From the NCBI GenBank assembly GCA_051294375.1, contig CM119270.1:20544417-20608416 (forward strand): a stretch of DNA of 64,000 nt, in the 5' to 3' direction. Position 1 is the first letter of the stretch. Each line of letters opens with the position of its first letter. The position numbers and the translations under genes were made by a program. Positions 38,970 through 50,327 of the stretch are shown piece after piece. The notes beneath the pieces are model-generated. The model was not told the origin of the DNA, did not search any database, and saw nothing but the letters and a program-made list of their open reading frames with translations. Origin of the DNA: Paraspadella gotoi (Eukaryota; Animalia; Chaetognatha).

Positions 38970-39912
38970 TTAGCGCGTCATAGGCTGAGAGGAGAGTGTG
39001 GTTGAACCAGTGAATGTTGCACTGGGTATCGAACCTGACGGAAAAATTCCCAGAGCCACTCTTATGTCTCTTTGGCCTGTTATGCCTGCTGGCTGCCCTC
39101 TTCTCGTCTGCTGGCGAGGTGGGCGGTTGTCCATTCTTGCCGCTTTAGTTACAGGAGTGGTGGACTCCTCACCCTCCTCCTGAAGCCGTCGTTTTGGGCG
39201 GCGCCCAGTCGCCAGAGAGAGGGACTGAGTTGCTTCATTTGAGTGAGAGGCATCGTTTGCCCATTGCCTGCGCAAGGGTCTCCGCCTGTCTCGTTGAGTG
39301 GAGACAGGGGAATCATTGTGCAGGCGTGGTGGAGGCGGGGCCTTCACCATGTTTTTGATAAGCGTATCATAACTTGGAGGGAGATCGAATCGTCCTCCAT
39401 CACGGTTCAAAGAGGGCTCGAGGGCTTTGATGTAAATTGCCTCCCTAATACCTCTTGAGAACCAGTTTGGGTCATGGGACAGCATGAGACAGTCTGATTC
39501 CCTGAACAGATGGCCTGTGCCTGCCGAATGTTCAGCAACTGCGGACAGGAAATGACCTCGGGCGTCACGGTAGGACTTTGTGTGTTGTTGGAATCGGATC
39601 TGTCAGAGACTTGCCCGTCTCTCCCACGTATGCTGCTGCACAGGGTTGGTTGCCCGTCCCTGCACAGGCCGTCCAGTAGACGGCTCCTGAAGTTTTCGGT
39701 CTGGGGATTTTATCTTTCGGTTTCACCAAATGCTCATGTAGGGAGCCGCGGGCCGTCACTGAAGTGGAGATCCCCTGCTTTGCTAGCACCCGCACCAATG
39801 CTTCAGTGATCCCCTGGTGGTAGGGGAGGGACAAGTGACCCACGTTCCTTGGGCGCTTCTGCTTATCTTTCACTTGCGCTGTGGTGGGCGCGGTCGGCAC
39901 TTCAGCAGCAAG
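38970..39912 (-). pseudogene. PLE ORF C-terminus: RT-thumb linker plus GIY-YIG endonuclease (frameshifted) plus ~130-aa low-complexity tail
   Basis: ORFs 39565-39921 and 38970-39485. Confidence 0.9.
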
Positions 39913-40967
39913 CTTTTTCAAAATTCACATTTACTTTTGTTGTACATTACAAAAATGTATCTTTAATATTTATTTATTTATCCCTGTTGTCTCTCTCTCT
40001 CTCTCTCTCTCTAACAAATTTCATTTCTTTTCACAACTCACTCAATCTGTCCTCAACTTCAGCCTGTTCTCTCATCTGACCACTATTCTGTCTCACCACT
40101 TTGTTGAAAAACCTTTACCTTTTTCTCTCTCTCTCTCTCTCTCTCTCACCCTTCTTTTGCACAAATATTTTTCCTTATGGCAAACGCTGATGAAGGGCCG
40201 AAATTGTGAGTCAAGGCAGCTAAAATATTTTTACATATACAAAGGCAGCAAAAAAACATTGTTCAATCGCTTAATCTTTTTAACACTCCACCCTAATACA
40301 CAATGTAATAGAGAGTAAAGGACACTTCAATACTCAAGATACTGTATACAGCAAGACTTCGTAAAATTTCTAAATTTAACTTTAATTAAAATTCTAAAAG
40401 TGAGGAACGAACAATATTATACTAATGAATATTTATGTAATAAAAAAATTTATAAAAAATTTTACAATTTACGCAGTAGGCCATATTTATACTAATACTA
40501 ATCCAATAAATAAATGTTATAATTTCAAAACAGTTTTTTTTAAAGATTTTTTTGCAGATTTGGATTCGTCATAAAAAGTTGATAAAAAGAAATATAACTC
40601 TTTTTCAAAAATTCCTTTATTAGGTGGGTCAAAAATTAAGAAAATGTATATTTTAAGCTGAAAATTAACTTTTTATATATTAAATATATTTTTTTTATTT
40701 TTAATTCACTTAATGAAAGAATTTTTAAAAATGATTTATATTTTCTATTATCAACTTTTGACGAGGAATTCAAATCTGCAATCAAAATTAAGAAAAGCTT
40801 ATTTTGAATTTTTTTGATTTTATAAGGATAGCCTACTGCGAAAATTAAAAAAACATAAAATTATTTTTTTTTACAAATTAATGTTTACTGATGGTATGTT
40901 GTTCATAATTGACTTTTAGATTTTTGTACATAACTTTCACTATGCTCTAGTATACATAGTAAAAGTT

Positions 40968-42449
40968 TCATTTGAATGCTATCATCATTATTGGAAAAAT
41001 AATTAAGTACCAAGTTAAAAAATCGATTCCATCTGAATTTTGTTCAAAGATTGCTTTTTCCATTAGCAATAAATTATTTCTGAACACCAATTGAATAAAA
41101 TAAGTTGCATTATAATGATCTTTGAATAACATTCTGTACTGAATCTTTGAAATTTCAACTTTATTTTCTCCTGCATATTTACATTCATACAGATAACCTG
41201 AATTTTCTTTTAACATTGCTGATTGTAGCGAGTTATATCTCATTTCTTGTAAACCCAAGATTCCGAATTTTATATACGAAAGAGCATTAATTAAAGTTAT
41301 GTTTTCAGTTTTTGTAATCATTTTTTTTCTTGTAAGTATCAGGGTAATTATAACGTAAATTCCTATTGCTTCCATTAGAAGAAGTATTTTACAACATATT
41401 TTTCCTAATTTTTTATTGAATGACAGAAAGATTTGGTGCAAAAAATATAATATTAAAAAAACAATTAGGTATTCTATGACAAATTCATTTTCTTTTAAAA
41501 ATATCCATGACATAATTTTCATTTTGTATAAATTTAATTTATGTTCTGTGTACAATTCTTTTGTACATATTTCGTTTAATAATTGTATAAAATCTTTATA
41601 AAAGTATTTATGAAACAAGAAAATAAAAACCTGACAAGTCAATATTCCTAAGTTTAATCCAGCAAAAATTATGGTTCTGCAAAGATAGTTAAGTGCAATG
41701 ATATTATTCTTTGTGGTTGAGAAAGTTAAAGCTATTAGTAAAATAGGCGAAAATTGTTGTATTAACTTGGAAAAAATAAATTCCTGCTGTTCATGCCTCA
41801 TCATTTCTATAGTTTTTTTTGCTGCGAATTGAGAAAAAGATGTTTTGGTTTCTTTAAACATAATTTGCAATGAATGGTTTATTTTTGAATTTTCTAATAT
41901 GTTGGCAAGGAAGGGATTTAATTCATTGATTAATAACGTGTGTTCATATGGTTTTAGTCTTTGAAGGAAACCATATGCTAGGGAAATGTTTACTTTCATT
42001 TTATTTGGAATAATTCGAATATCAATTCTTAATACACTCATTATGATATTTAAATATATTATTGAACCCATTGAGAAAATGCCAACTAATTCGTCTATAT
42101 GAAGATAAATCATATTTTTAGAAAACAAAAAAACACATGTGTATATAAAACCAAGAACAAAATCTAGCAATATGAGAAGCATTAAATTGATATTTGTCAA
42201 GGAAAATAATCTGTAGTTTCCTATTTTTAAAACCAAATTTGGAAAAGCAGGTTTATAATATGCTTTGAACACGCCATAATTTCTGAAAGGCTTTTCACAT
42301 TCTTTATCATCACTTTCCAGTTTCTTGAATTTAAAAAAGGTTTCAATTTTCCATTGACTTCCATCACCAAAGCCTTCAAATCCAATACAATGTGTTGTAA
42401 ATGTATGAGATTCATCCCAATATGGTAAGGTTCTTTGGAAAGGAAGCAA
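40968..42449 (-). CDS. 493-codon open frame, multi-pass membrane protein, possibly a downstream exon or second domain of the XK-related gene
   Basis: Long stop-free frame in very AT-rich DNA with several hydrophobic segments. It starts at TTG just after candidate AG acceptors (42452-42453). Confidence 0.65.
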   Translation of the reverse strand: MLPFQRTLPYWDESHTFTTHCIGFEGFGDGSQWKIETFFKFKKLESDDKECEKPFRNYGVFKAYYKPAFPNLVLKIGNYRLFSLTNINLMLLILLDFVLGFIYTCVFLFSKNMIYLHIDELVGIFSMGSIIYLNIIMSVLRIDIRIIPNKMKVNISLAYGFLQRLKPYEHTLLINELNPFLANILENSKINHSLQIMFKETKTSFSQFAAKKTIEMMRHEQQEFIFSKLIQQFSPILLIALTFSTTKNNIIALNYLCRTIIFAGLNLGILTCQVFIFLFHKYFYKDFIQLLNEICTKELYTEHKLNLYKMKIMSWIFLKENEFVIEYLIVFLILYFLHQIFLSFNKKLGKICCKILLLMEAIGIYVIITLILTRKKMITKTENITLINALSYIKFGILGLQEMRYNSLQSAMLKENSGYLYECKYAGENKVEISKIQYRMLFKDHYNATYFIQLVFRNNLLLMEKAIFEQNSDGIDFLTWYLIIFPIMMIAFK

Positions 42450-42629
42450 AACTAAGTCTCCTAGTTAACTTAGAAATAACTTTGGGCCTTAATTACTTGA
42501 GAACGCTCACATGTACATTAAAAACGAAAACTTCATGATCTTAGCTTTTAGTAGCCATAGTTGATGAAATTTAAATGCTAATGTATACTGCGTTAAAATA
42601 ATCTATCATAAGCACAGATTATGGTATTA

Positions 42630-42699
42630 GAGATATACTATTACACCTTCTGGCCATCTTATCTTATCAAGATGGCCAGAAGGTGTAATAGTATATCTC
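42630..42699. mobile_element. 70-bp miniature TIR element or footprint: 31-bp perfect arms, 8-nt loop, 8-bp TSD TGGTATTA
   Basis: gagatatactattacaccttctggccatctt-atcttatc-aagatggccagaaggtgtaatagtatatctc; TSD at 42622-42629 and 42700-42707. Confidence 0.85.
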
Positions 42700-42907
42700 T
42701 GGTATTATATTTTTTTTTTGTCAAAAATACTTTCTTCAGAGAGTACTAGCCTAATCATTATTGTTATAATACTATATACTGGAAGAAAAAAAATTATATC
42801 TTAAAATGTTTTGATGGATTCTGATTGAGCATTAAAAGATAAACAAAAAATACAATTAAATATTTTAAAAATTGTTATGTTTTTACTTTGATCAGCATAT
42901 AGGATAA

Positions 42908-43640
42908 ACAAGTTTGAGCAAACAATGTCGGATCTGCCTACAATAATTAAGCGGTAATCTGCTAATCAGATGATAAATCACAATATTTTTTTATATTTTT
43001 TTAACTAGCATCATTTTTTTAATTTGCATCATTTTTTCAACTTGCATCATTTTTTCAACTTGCAACATTTTTTCAACTTGCAACATTTTTTCAAATTGCA
43101 TCATTTTTTCAACTTGCATCATTTTTTCAACTTGCATAATTTTTTAAATTGTATTATTTTTTTCAAATTAATTAATTAATTAATTAAAACATTTATTAGT
43201 AATCATAAATAAAAAAGATTCAAGTAAATGTGACTTATGTTTTTTTTCATTTAAACTCATTTCCACTGGCACAATTCCGTCAAAACTTTATATCTAGCTT
43301 TTTCACACACTTTGCTTTTCAATCTATTAATTCAATTATGATTAATTCGAGTAATTATGGGTTAAAATAAGTAACATTGCAGGACTAACAAGATCATGAA
43401 ATCAAAAAGATTCAAGTAAATGTGTAATTGGTGTTCAAATAGTGAAATATATTTTTTTGTTTTTTCCATTTAAACTCATTTCCACTTGGACGATTCCATC
43501 GAAACTTCCTATCCAGCTCAATCACACACTTCTCTACCCACACACAAAATTTTATTTAAATTCATCCATCCAATCACGAGTAATTGATGTTTTTTGCTAA
43601 GGTGGGACGGACGGACATTTTTTTTGCATAATTTATCATT
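42908..43640. mobile_element. HINE/DINE-1-like element, family H1 (copy truncated near the PLE pLTR)
   Basis: Terminus aacaagtttgagcaaacaatgtcggatctgcc, internal 21-bp repeats and (GGAC)n; same family at 47493-48310 and 50328-51357. Confidence 0.7.
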
Positions 43641-43689
43641 GTTATGATTCTTTCTTTTTCGTTGTGTTTATGATTTTAAGGAATAACAA

Positions 43690-44455
43690 ATTTTTTAGAG
43701 TGCAACAACGAATTTTTTTATTTCATAGGGACATGTTTCGACTCTGAGTCTTCATCAGCATCTGACCTAATCAACAATTTTCTCTTTAATGTTAGTTTTT
43801 AGAGAGAGAGAGAGAGAGAGAGAAATAGAGAGAGAGATAAAAAGAGGGAGATTCCAACAAAGAATTGAGAAAGGACAGTGGTCAGATGTGAGGACAGGTT
43901 AAGGTAAGAGCAAGGAAGAAGATAAATTGGTTGAAATTTTGAAAGGTGAAAAATTGAGGGAGAGAGATAGAATAACACAGGCAGAGAAAATAGTTACATT
44001 TGGTAATGTACAACTAAAGTAAAAATGGACAAACTTAATGTTAATCTAGTAGTAACAATCAATTAGTTTAACTATTAAGAAATGAAATAAGAAAGGGAAA
44101 ATAAGTTGTTAGGGATAGTTAAGTGAGATGTTAGTGAAATTAAGATAAAGAAAGAGCTCTCGAACTTCATCAAACGGGCAACTTGCGCGGCTACGTCCAG
44201 AACGTCAGAGTCTCCTCAACTCATTATCCCAACTTCCCCCAGCAGAAGCGGATAGATGGCGCCAACGAATCAAAGACGGCGCCGCGCAAGTCAACCAAGA
44301 AACCAAAGAACGTCAGAAAAGGAAGCTCGAAGAACTTCGTCGCCGTCACGCTCTGGAGGCCATCGAAAAGGATAGACGCCAACAGCGACGCAACGAACTT
44401 TTCCCTCTTTCTACTGACAATTTTCCAACCCATCTTTCTTCTTTCAAAGTTACAG
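43690..44455 (+). mobile_element. Second PLE fragment: inverted pLTR (43690-44150) joined to a plus-strand N-terminal ORF fragment
   Basis: The pLTR resembles 38460-38930. The frame starting at 44161 reads QLARLRPERQSLLNSLSQL...ETKERQKRKLEELRRR...PTHLSSFKVT, matching the PLE pre-RT KxRQxxKL and NLS motifs. Confidence 0.7.
43729..43760 (-). ncRNA. Minimal hammerhead ribozyme motif
   Basis: tg-CTGATGA-agactcagagtc-GAAA-catgtc. Confidence 0.75.
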
Positions 44456-44985
44456 CAAAAACAAGTTTGAGCAAACAATGTCAGATCTGCCTAAGATATT
44501 TAAGCGGTAATCAGCTAATCAGACGATAAATGAGGATAATTCTTTCAATTTGTGATCATAATAGATCGTACCATACCAAATCAATGGCTGCGCAAGTGTG
44601 CATATTCAAGTTTAAAAAATGATTTGAATCAAAAAAATGATGCAAGTTGAAAAAATGATGCCAGTTAAAAAAATGATGATAGTTGTTGTTATGATCAGAT
44701 AGGATCAAAAGCTGAAAGAAGTATCGTGATTTATCATCTGATTAGCAGATTACCGCCTAATTACCGTAGGCAGATCAAACATTTTTTGCTCAAACTTGTT
44801 TGAAACAATTTTAATAGTTTTCTTTTTCTTTTTTTTTTTCAAATCAAATTTGTTATCATGGCATCAGTAATTCATTAATATTCCCTCATTAATTTATTAT
44901 TAAGGATTTATTATCATTACCTTATTAATTTGTTATTATATTAAAAATTTGAGATAGTTATTCTTAAAATTATTTTAAAGATACT

Positions 44986-46347
44986 CTAAAATGGACATTT
45001 TATATTTTTCTTCATTTCCAAAAACCTTGATGGTGAATCTTTTGTGTAATATGAATCATGACAATACTTTGCCCAATAAATTAATCCAATGTCTTGGTAA
45101 ATGTATGACGTATTTTGAAATTTCCAAACATCATAATAAAACAAAAGCCGTGGCATGTTATCATTTTTTAGTTTGGCCAATCCCCAAAATGTTGGGGTGT
45201 GTGGTTTGCTGTATGAATCGATTACATTTTCTCCGCTTTCTGACATAATCACATGTTTTTCTATGTTATTAAAAAGTGAGTACAGAAAAAAACTGAGAAG
45301 TGGCGTTAGTAAAATTTGCGTTTTCTTTGATTTCGTATTTTGATAGCCATCTGTATATTTTTTCTTTGTTTGGAGATACATAGTTTTTAATAGAAGAATT
45401 GTTTCTGCCGGAGTGAAAATACGTATAACAATCATTGGAACCATAAGTATAAACCAGAAGTTAAATTTAATAGAATTACTGAAAATTATGTATAAACTTA
45501 TGCTCATTCCTATTAAACATTGTAAGGCGCAAAACAATTCCAAAATTTTCAATAAAACATTGCTTAATGATATTGTTTCATCGACTGATGTTCGAAATTC
45601 TGAAGATCCTCTTGCCAGTCCTATCAAAGACATTGTTATGGATAAAAATTGAAAATAGTGGTCTTTGAGGCTCCATTCACAAGCAAATTCATTGTGCCCT
45701 ATATAAGAACGCACCTCTTTGCAAAAACATGGTTCATCTGTTTCTGTGATTGAATCATTTAAAATTAAAGAAAGATTTTGACTGTACGAATCAAAGTATC
45801 TTGTATGGTATTTTTCGTCTCCAATTGAGTAAGAGCACGTTGGTTTTCTGATCTGAAAATTTGGACTAAATAGATAATTTGGAAAGCAATGTTTATTATT
45901 TGTAGCACTTGTAAGGGAAATTATCAAACCTCCTGTTTGAACCACAAGTTGTGGAAAACTTTCTAGTATACTTTGCAATAAATATAATAAGAGTGCAAGT
46001 TTATTTTTAGAACTTATAATTTTTTGGTCTTCATTTTTATCCAAGTACAAATCTATGGAAATAGGAATATAACCCAAGCCTAAAGCAAAAAAGATAAAAG
46101 TTGTGCAAATTGTAAACAAGTTTTTATTCAAACTTTTATAAAATTGTTTTTGCTTATATATGATAGATAACCCATATATTCCAGATACCAGACAATGAAA
46201 TACTAGTATGAAACAAAGCATATATCCAATTTTCTGGAAAATCCAAAAGGCTGAGGTCATAAACTCGAGGGTTGTTTTGATGTCTGTATATATGTCGACT
46301 ATGTTGAGAGCAGATCCGATTATGAGAAATACTATTTCTTTATCCAT
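44986..46347 (-). CDS. XK-related (Xkr scramblase family) multi-pass membrane protein, intronless 453 aa
   Basis: ATG start; TM1 VDIYTDI (DxxTD) and LESFPQLVVQ (ExxPQLxxQ) are XK-family hallmarks; multiple TM segments with a Cys-containing loop. Confidence 0.8.
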   Translation of the reverse strand: MDKEIVFLIIGSALNIVDIYTDIKTTLEFMTSAFWIFQKIGYMLCFILVFHCLVSGIYGLSIIYKQKQFYKSLNKNLFTICTTFIFFALGLGYIPISIDLYLDKNEDQKIISSKNKLALLLYLLQSILESFPQLVVQTGGLIISLTSATNNKHCFPNYLFSPNFQIRKPTCSYSIGDEKYHTRYFDSYSQNLSLILNDSITETDEPCFCKEVRSYIGHNEFACEWSLKDHYFQFLSITMSLIGLARGSSEFRTSVDETISLSNVLLKILELFCALQCLIGMSISLYIIFSNSIKFNFWFILMVPMIVIRIFTPAETILLLKTMYLQTKKKYTDGYQNTKSKKTQILLTPLLSFFLYSLFNNIEKHVIMSESGENVIDSYSKPHTPTFWGLAKLKNDNMPRLLFYYDVWKFQNTSYIYQDIGLIYWAKYCHDSYYTKDSPSRFLEMKKNIKCPF

Positions 46348-47492
46348 TTTTTCATGTAATAACTAAAAGCTTTTTTGCTGCTCTACAGTTTTCAGGCAAT
46401 TGGTGGGTGGGAAGAAGTTCCCTATAGCTGAGTGAATAAAACAATATTCTTTAATTAAAATTTTTTCACCCCATTCAGGTACAATGCAGTGCGTAAAATA
46501 ATTTCTTACTTCCTGGTTTCAAATGAGCAATCATATTTAGTTAAGAAAAAGGGTCATTCAATTCAACTTTAAAATTAGGCTAAAATGGAGTACAAATTCA
46601 AAAAGCTGAGCTCCTGGCGATTCCGAAAATGTATTCACTTTAAGCATTTGATGCATTCTACCCCATTTTATATCGGTTTTAATTATAATAAAATAAAGAA
46701 ACCTATCTGAAGAGTTGCAGGTCAAACGAAAAGGCCAATCCACCTGATATTTTTTTTATGAATTTTTTATTACTGAATTAGAAAAATGTAATAGAGAGAC
46801 ATTTTTAAATTTCAACTTGTATCCTTGAAAATGAAATGTTTTTAAACTTTAACCCTGAATTCTTTCTAACTGGAACGCGTTATCAAAATGTCTCTCTATT
46901 ACATTTTTACAAATGTTTTTAAGATTGCTAATCAAATTTTTAATTCAATATTATTGCAGTCGTTTAGGCTGCAACTCTTCAAATTAGTGTAGATTCATTG
47001 TAGCTCGAATTTCTTTACCATCTATTTAACTGAAGATTTTGTTCATGACTGGAAAACCAACAGAGTAACGAGATTAATTGCTTAATTCTCCCTTCTAAAT
47101 TATCCCATACCGTGTTTTAACTTCTTACCTAGAATTTTTTAACAACCAGATTGAAAAACGAATCTTTAGAAACTGTGCTTACCCATTTAACTTAACAATT
47201 TTGTTATTTACCCATTTAAAAAAAATTATTGAAAACGGAATGTTACATATAAATAAGAACTTATTTTTTGTGATTACTGATGACTATAATGTATTCTCGA
47301 TATTAGCTCTACATCATCAATGATTACGTATTGTTATGCTGAATGACCTTTCCTCTTAAATTTTAAAATTTTTTAAAAATATTTATTCAAATTACCCTAC
47401 GACGCAAAAAAAAGCAACCACTCTTTAGCATCAAAAATGGTACTTTTCTCTGACAAATGTTAAATAGAACATATAAAAATGTATCTTTTATA

Positions 47493-48310
47493 GAACGAGT
47501 TTGAGCAAACAATGTCGGATCTGCCCACAATCATTATCGGTAATTAATTAATTAATAATTAATTAATAATTAATTCAAGTTAACTAATTATTTAATTAAT
47601 TAATAATTAATTTATTCAAGTTAATTATTTAATGAATTAGGCAATTAATTAATTAATTTGATCATAAATGTTTGTTTTGATTGATTAATTGACTGATTAA
47701 TTATTTATTGATTAATTAATTGACTAATTGATTAATTAACTGATTAAATATTTGATTAATTAATACATCTTGCATTTACATTTAAAATAAAAAGAAAAAG
47801 AAGCATAATCAATTAGTGAAATAGGTTCTTTGTTTTTTCCATTTAAACTCATTTCCATTCAAACGATTCCATCGAAACTTGATTTACAGTTTAATCACAC
47901 ACTTTTCTACCCAAATCCAAAATTTCAAGTCAATCGCCCCTTCCAGTAATTGGTGTTCAAATAGTGAAATTTATTTTTTATTTTTTCCATTTAAACTCAT
48001 TTCCACTCAGACGATTCCATCGAAACTTCATATACACTTATACAGCTCAATCACACACTTCCCTACCCATACACAAAATTTCATTCCAATTCATCCATCC
48101 AATCACGAGTAGTTGGTGTTTTTTGCTAAGGTGGGACGGACGGACGGACGGACGGACGGACGGACATCGTTTTTTTTTTTTGCTTAATTTATCATAATTC
48201 GATGTTCTGACATGATATAAGTGAGTGCCCGAAAATATTGAGGGGGTGGACCGACGGCCCGACAAAGTGAATTATAGAGTTGGGATCTGCTGAAAGCAGA
48301 TCCGACTAAA
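47493..48310 (-). mobile_element. HINE/DINE-1-like element, family H1, complete
   Basis: One end has tttgagcaaacaatgtcggatctgcc and the other has the hairpin ggatctgctgaaagcagatccgactaaaa; (GGAC)n microsatellite. Confidence 0.75.
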
Positions 48311-48609
48311 AAAAAAAATTATATTGCTGACAAAAATAGAATTTTAATCATAAATACTAAAGAAAATCTTTTTTTTAAGAGATGCCATTCTCAATGAAAG
48401 TTAGATGAGAAAAAGCTGTGAAAGTTTATGACTCAACTGCTTTTTTCTTATCGTTTATCCACTTCTTTTCATTAAATATGATTGACACCTTTCATTTTAA
48501 AAAAGCATAAACTTTTTTTGAGTCTTTTCAAAAAAAATCTTAAAAGTAGTATTGATCGAGCCTGCAAGCTATCAAAGAAAATTAATGAAAAAAATCCGTG
48601 AAAAAACGA

Positions 48610-48920
48610 ATTATTGATGCGATAACGAATTATTGACGTAATAGTAATTTATTGATGTAATAGGAATTGATTATTTATGCGATGATAACCAATTATTGAC
48701 GCGATGATAACCAAATATTGATGCGATGATAACCAAATATTGATGCGATGATAACCAAATGATTGATGTGATGATAACCAAATGGTTGATGTGATGATAA
48801 CCAAATGATTGATGCGATAATAGTCATTCATTGATGTGATGATAATCATTCATTGATACGATGATAGTCATTCATTGATGCGATGATAGTCATTTATTGT
48901 CGCGATGAATCATTCATTGT
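48610..48920 (+). repeat. ~21-bp minisatellite (attgatgcgatgataaccaaat); inverted relative at ~51785-51950
   Basis: Tandem copies visible. Confidence 0.8.
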
Positions 48921-48949
48921 AAATAAAACAAACAAATGCATGTATGAGT

Positions 48950-48981
<32 letters not shown>

Positions 48982-50327
48982 AAGAGAGAGAAAAAGAAAG
49001 ATAATAAATCCATGAAAATCTCGGATTTAAATTTGGGATTTTTTATTGAGAAAAAAGCGCGAAAAAATGGCAATAATAAAAGTTTTTAGAAGGTAAAAAA
49101 TAATCAGAATTTTTTAAAAAACAAACGATCACGCAAGAGATTAGACAGAGAGAGACAGACACACACAGAGAGACAAAGAGAGACAGAGAGAGAGAGACAC
49201 AGAGAGAGACAGAGAGAGAGAGACACAGAGAGAGACAGAGAGAGAAAGAAGCTGGACAGACGCTGCAAAGCCGGAACTCGTTTTTAGACAAATCAGAAGA
49301 AGCAGTGATGGAAAAAAAAAGAGAGAGAGAAAGCGATATATAATTAAAAGAGAGAGAGAAAGCGACATATAATTAAAACGTTTTTTTTTTTTGGAAATAA
49401 AACATAAACCAATACAAATATTGATAAAAAACATAACAATTTTAAAAATCTTGATGCTTAGAAGCCATATATAAAATTTCAACTCCTTATGAAATCACAC
49501 TTTCAGAAGCCATGATTGCAAAAAAGCGTGACCGAAAGCTAAACTGAAAGAAAATCTAGCCAGGACGGGCTTTGCCCCATCTGGCTTGATAAAAAGCGTG
49601 ACGACGACAATGACAATGTCACAAAGAAGTTCACCCGAAACAATATCTAGCCTGGACCGGCCAAAAGCGGCGCAGAACTGAATTCTGTATAGACATCGGT
49701 GTTTTCATCAAACTCTTGAGGGTTATTGTCATCGTTGTCGTCGAGGTCGTCATTATCGTCATTTTTATCAAATCTTGTTGGGCGAGAACTAATACTTTAA
49801 ATATAGCTTTTCATCGAAATTAATTTATAATTTCTCTTTTTTCTCAGTCGCTGCCTCTTCTGATTTGTCAAACAAGGAACGGTTATTCCAAGATGTTGCG
49901 CCGCATTACTTTTCTTAAAAAACAAAAGGCGGCGCCAGTGTTTGCTTAGATATAATTTTTAACAAATGAGCAACAAACTATAGGCAAGTTATAAGCGTTT
50001 TTAAGTGGGACCAACCGACGGACATACATACCGACGGACCGACCGACAGACCGACCGATGGACAGACCAACCAAAAAGTAACTTATAGAGTTACTCCGCG
50101 AGTACTCGCGGTGCAACTAAAAATGAGTTGAGCTCTGAAGGGGCTGGAATTCTCTCTCTCTTTCTATTTATCTCTCTCTTTCTCTCTCTCTCTCTTTCTC
50201 TTTTTTTATTTAAAAAATAAATCATTAGAAATTTAGAATCAAACTCGTCACGTTAATCGTTGCAGTCACGCAGGTTATCATATGGCCATTGCAAAACCGA
50301 TTTTTCTTTCACTCTTTATCTCTCCTT

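Larger units (their letters stand above)
38400..40212 (-). mobile_element. 5'-truncated Penelope-like element with GIY-YIG endonuclease and inverted 5' pseudo-LTR
   Basis: LPYHQGITE...KPKD...SGAVY...C...C...YVGETGKSL and H...WFSRGIREAIYI...LNRDGG. 39914-40212 is the reverse complement of ~38495-38822, and the pLTR carries a hammerhead. Confidence 0.92.

Noticed and set aside
44183-44478. ORF-track proteins 44183-44470(+) and 44224-44478(-)
   Set aside because: The third plus frame (from 44161) matches PLE N-terminal motifs; these two are shadow frames.
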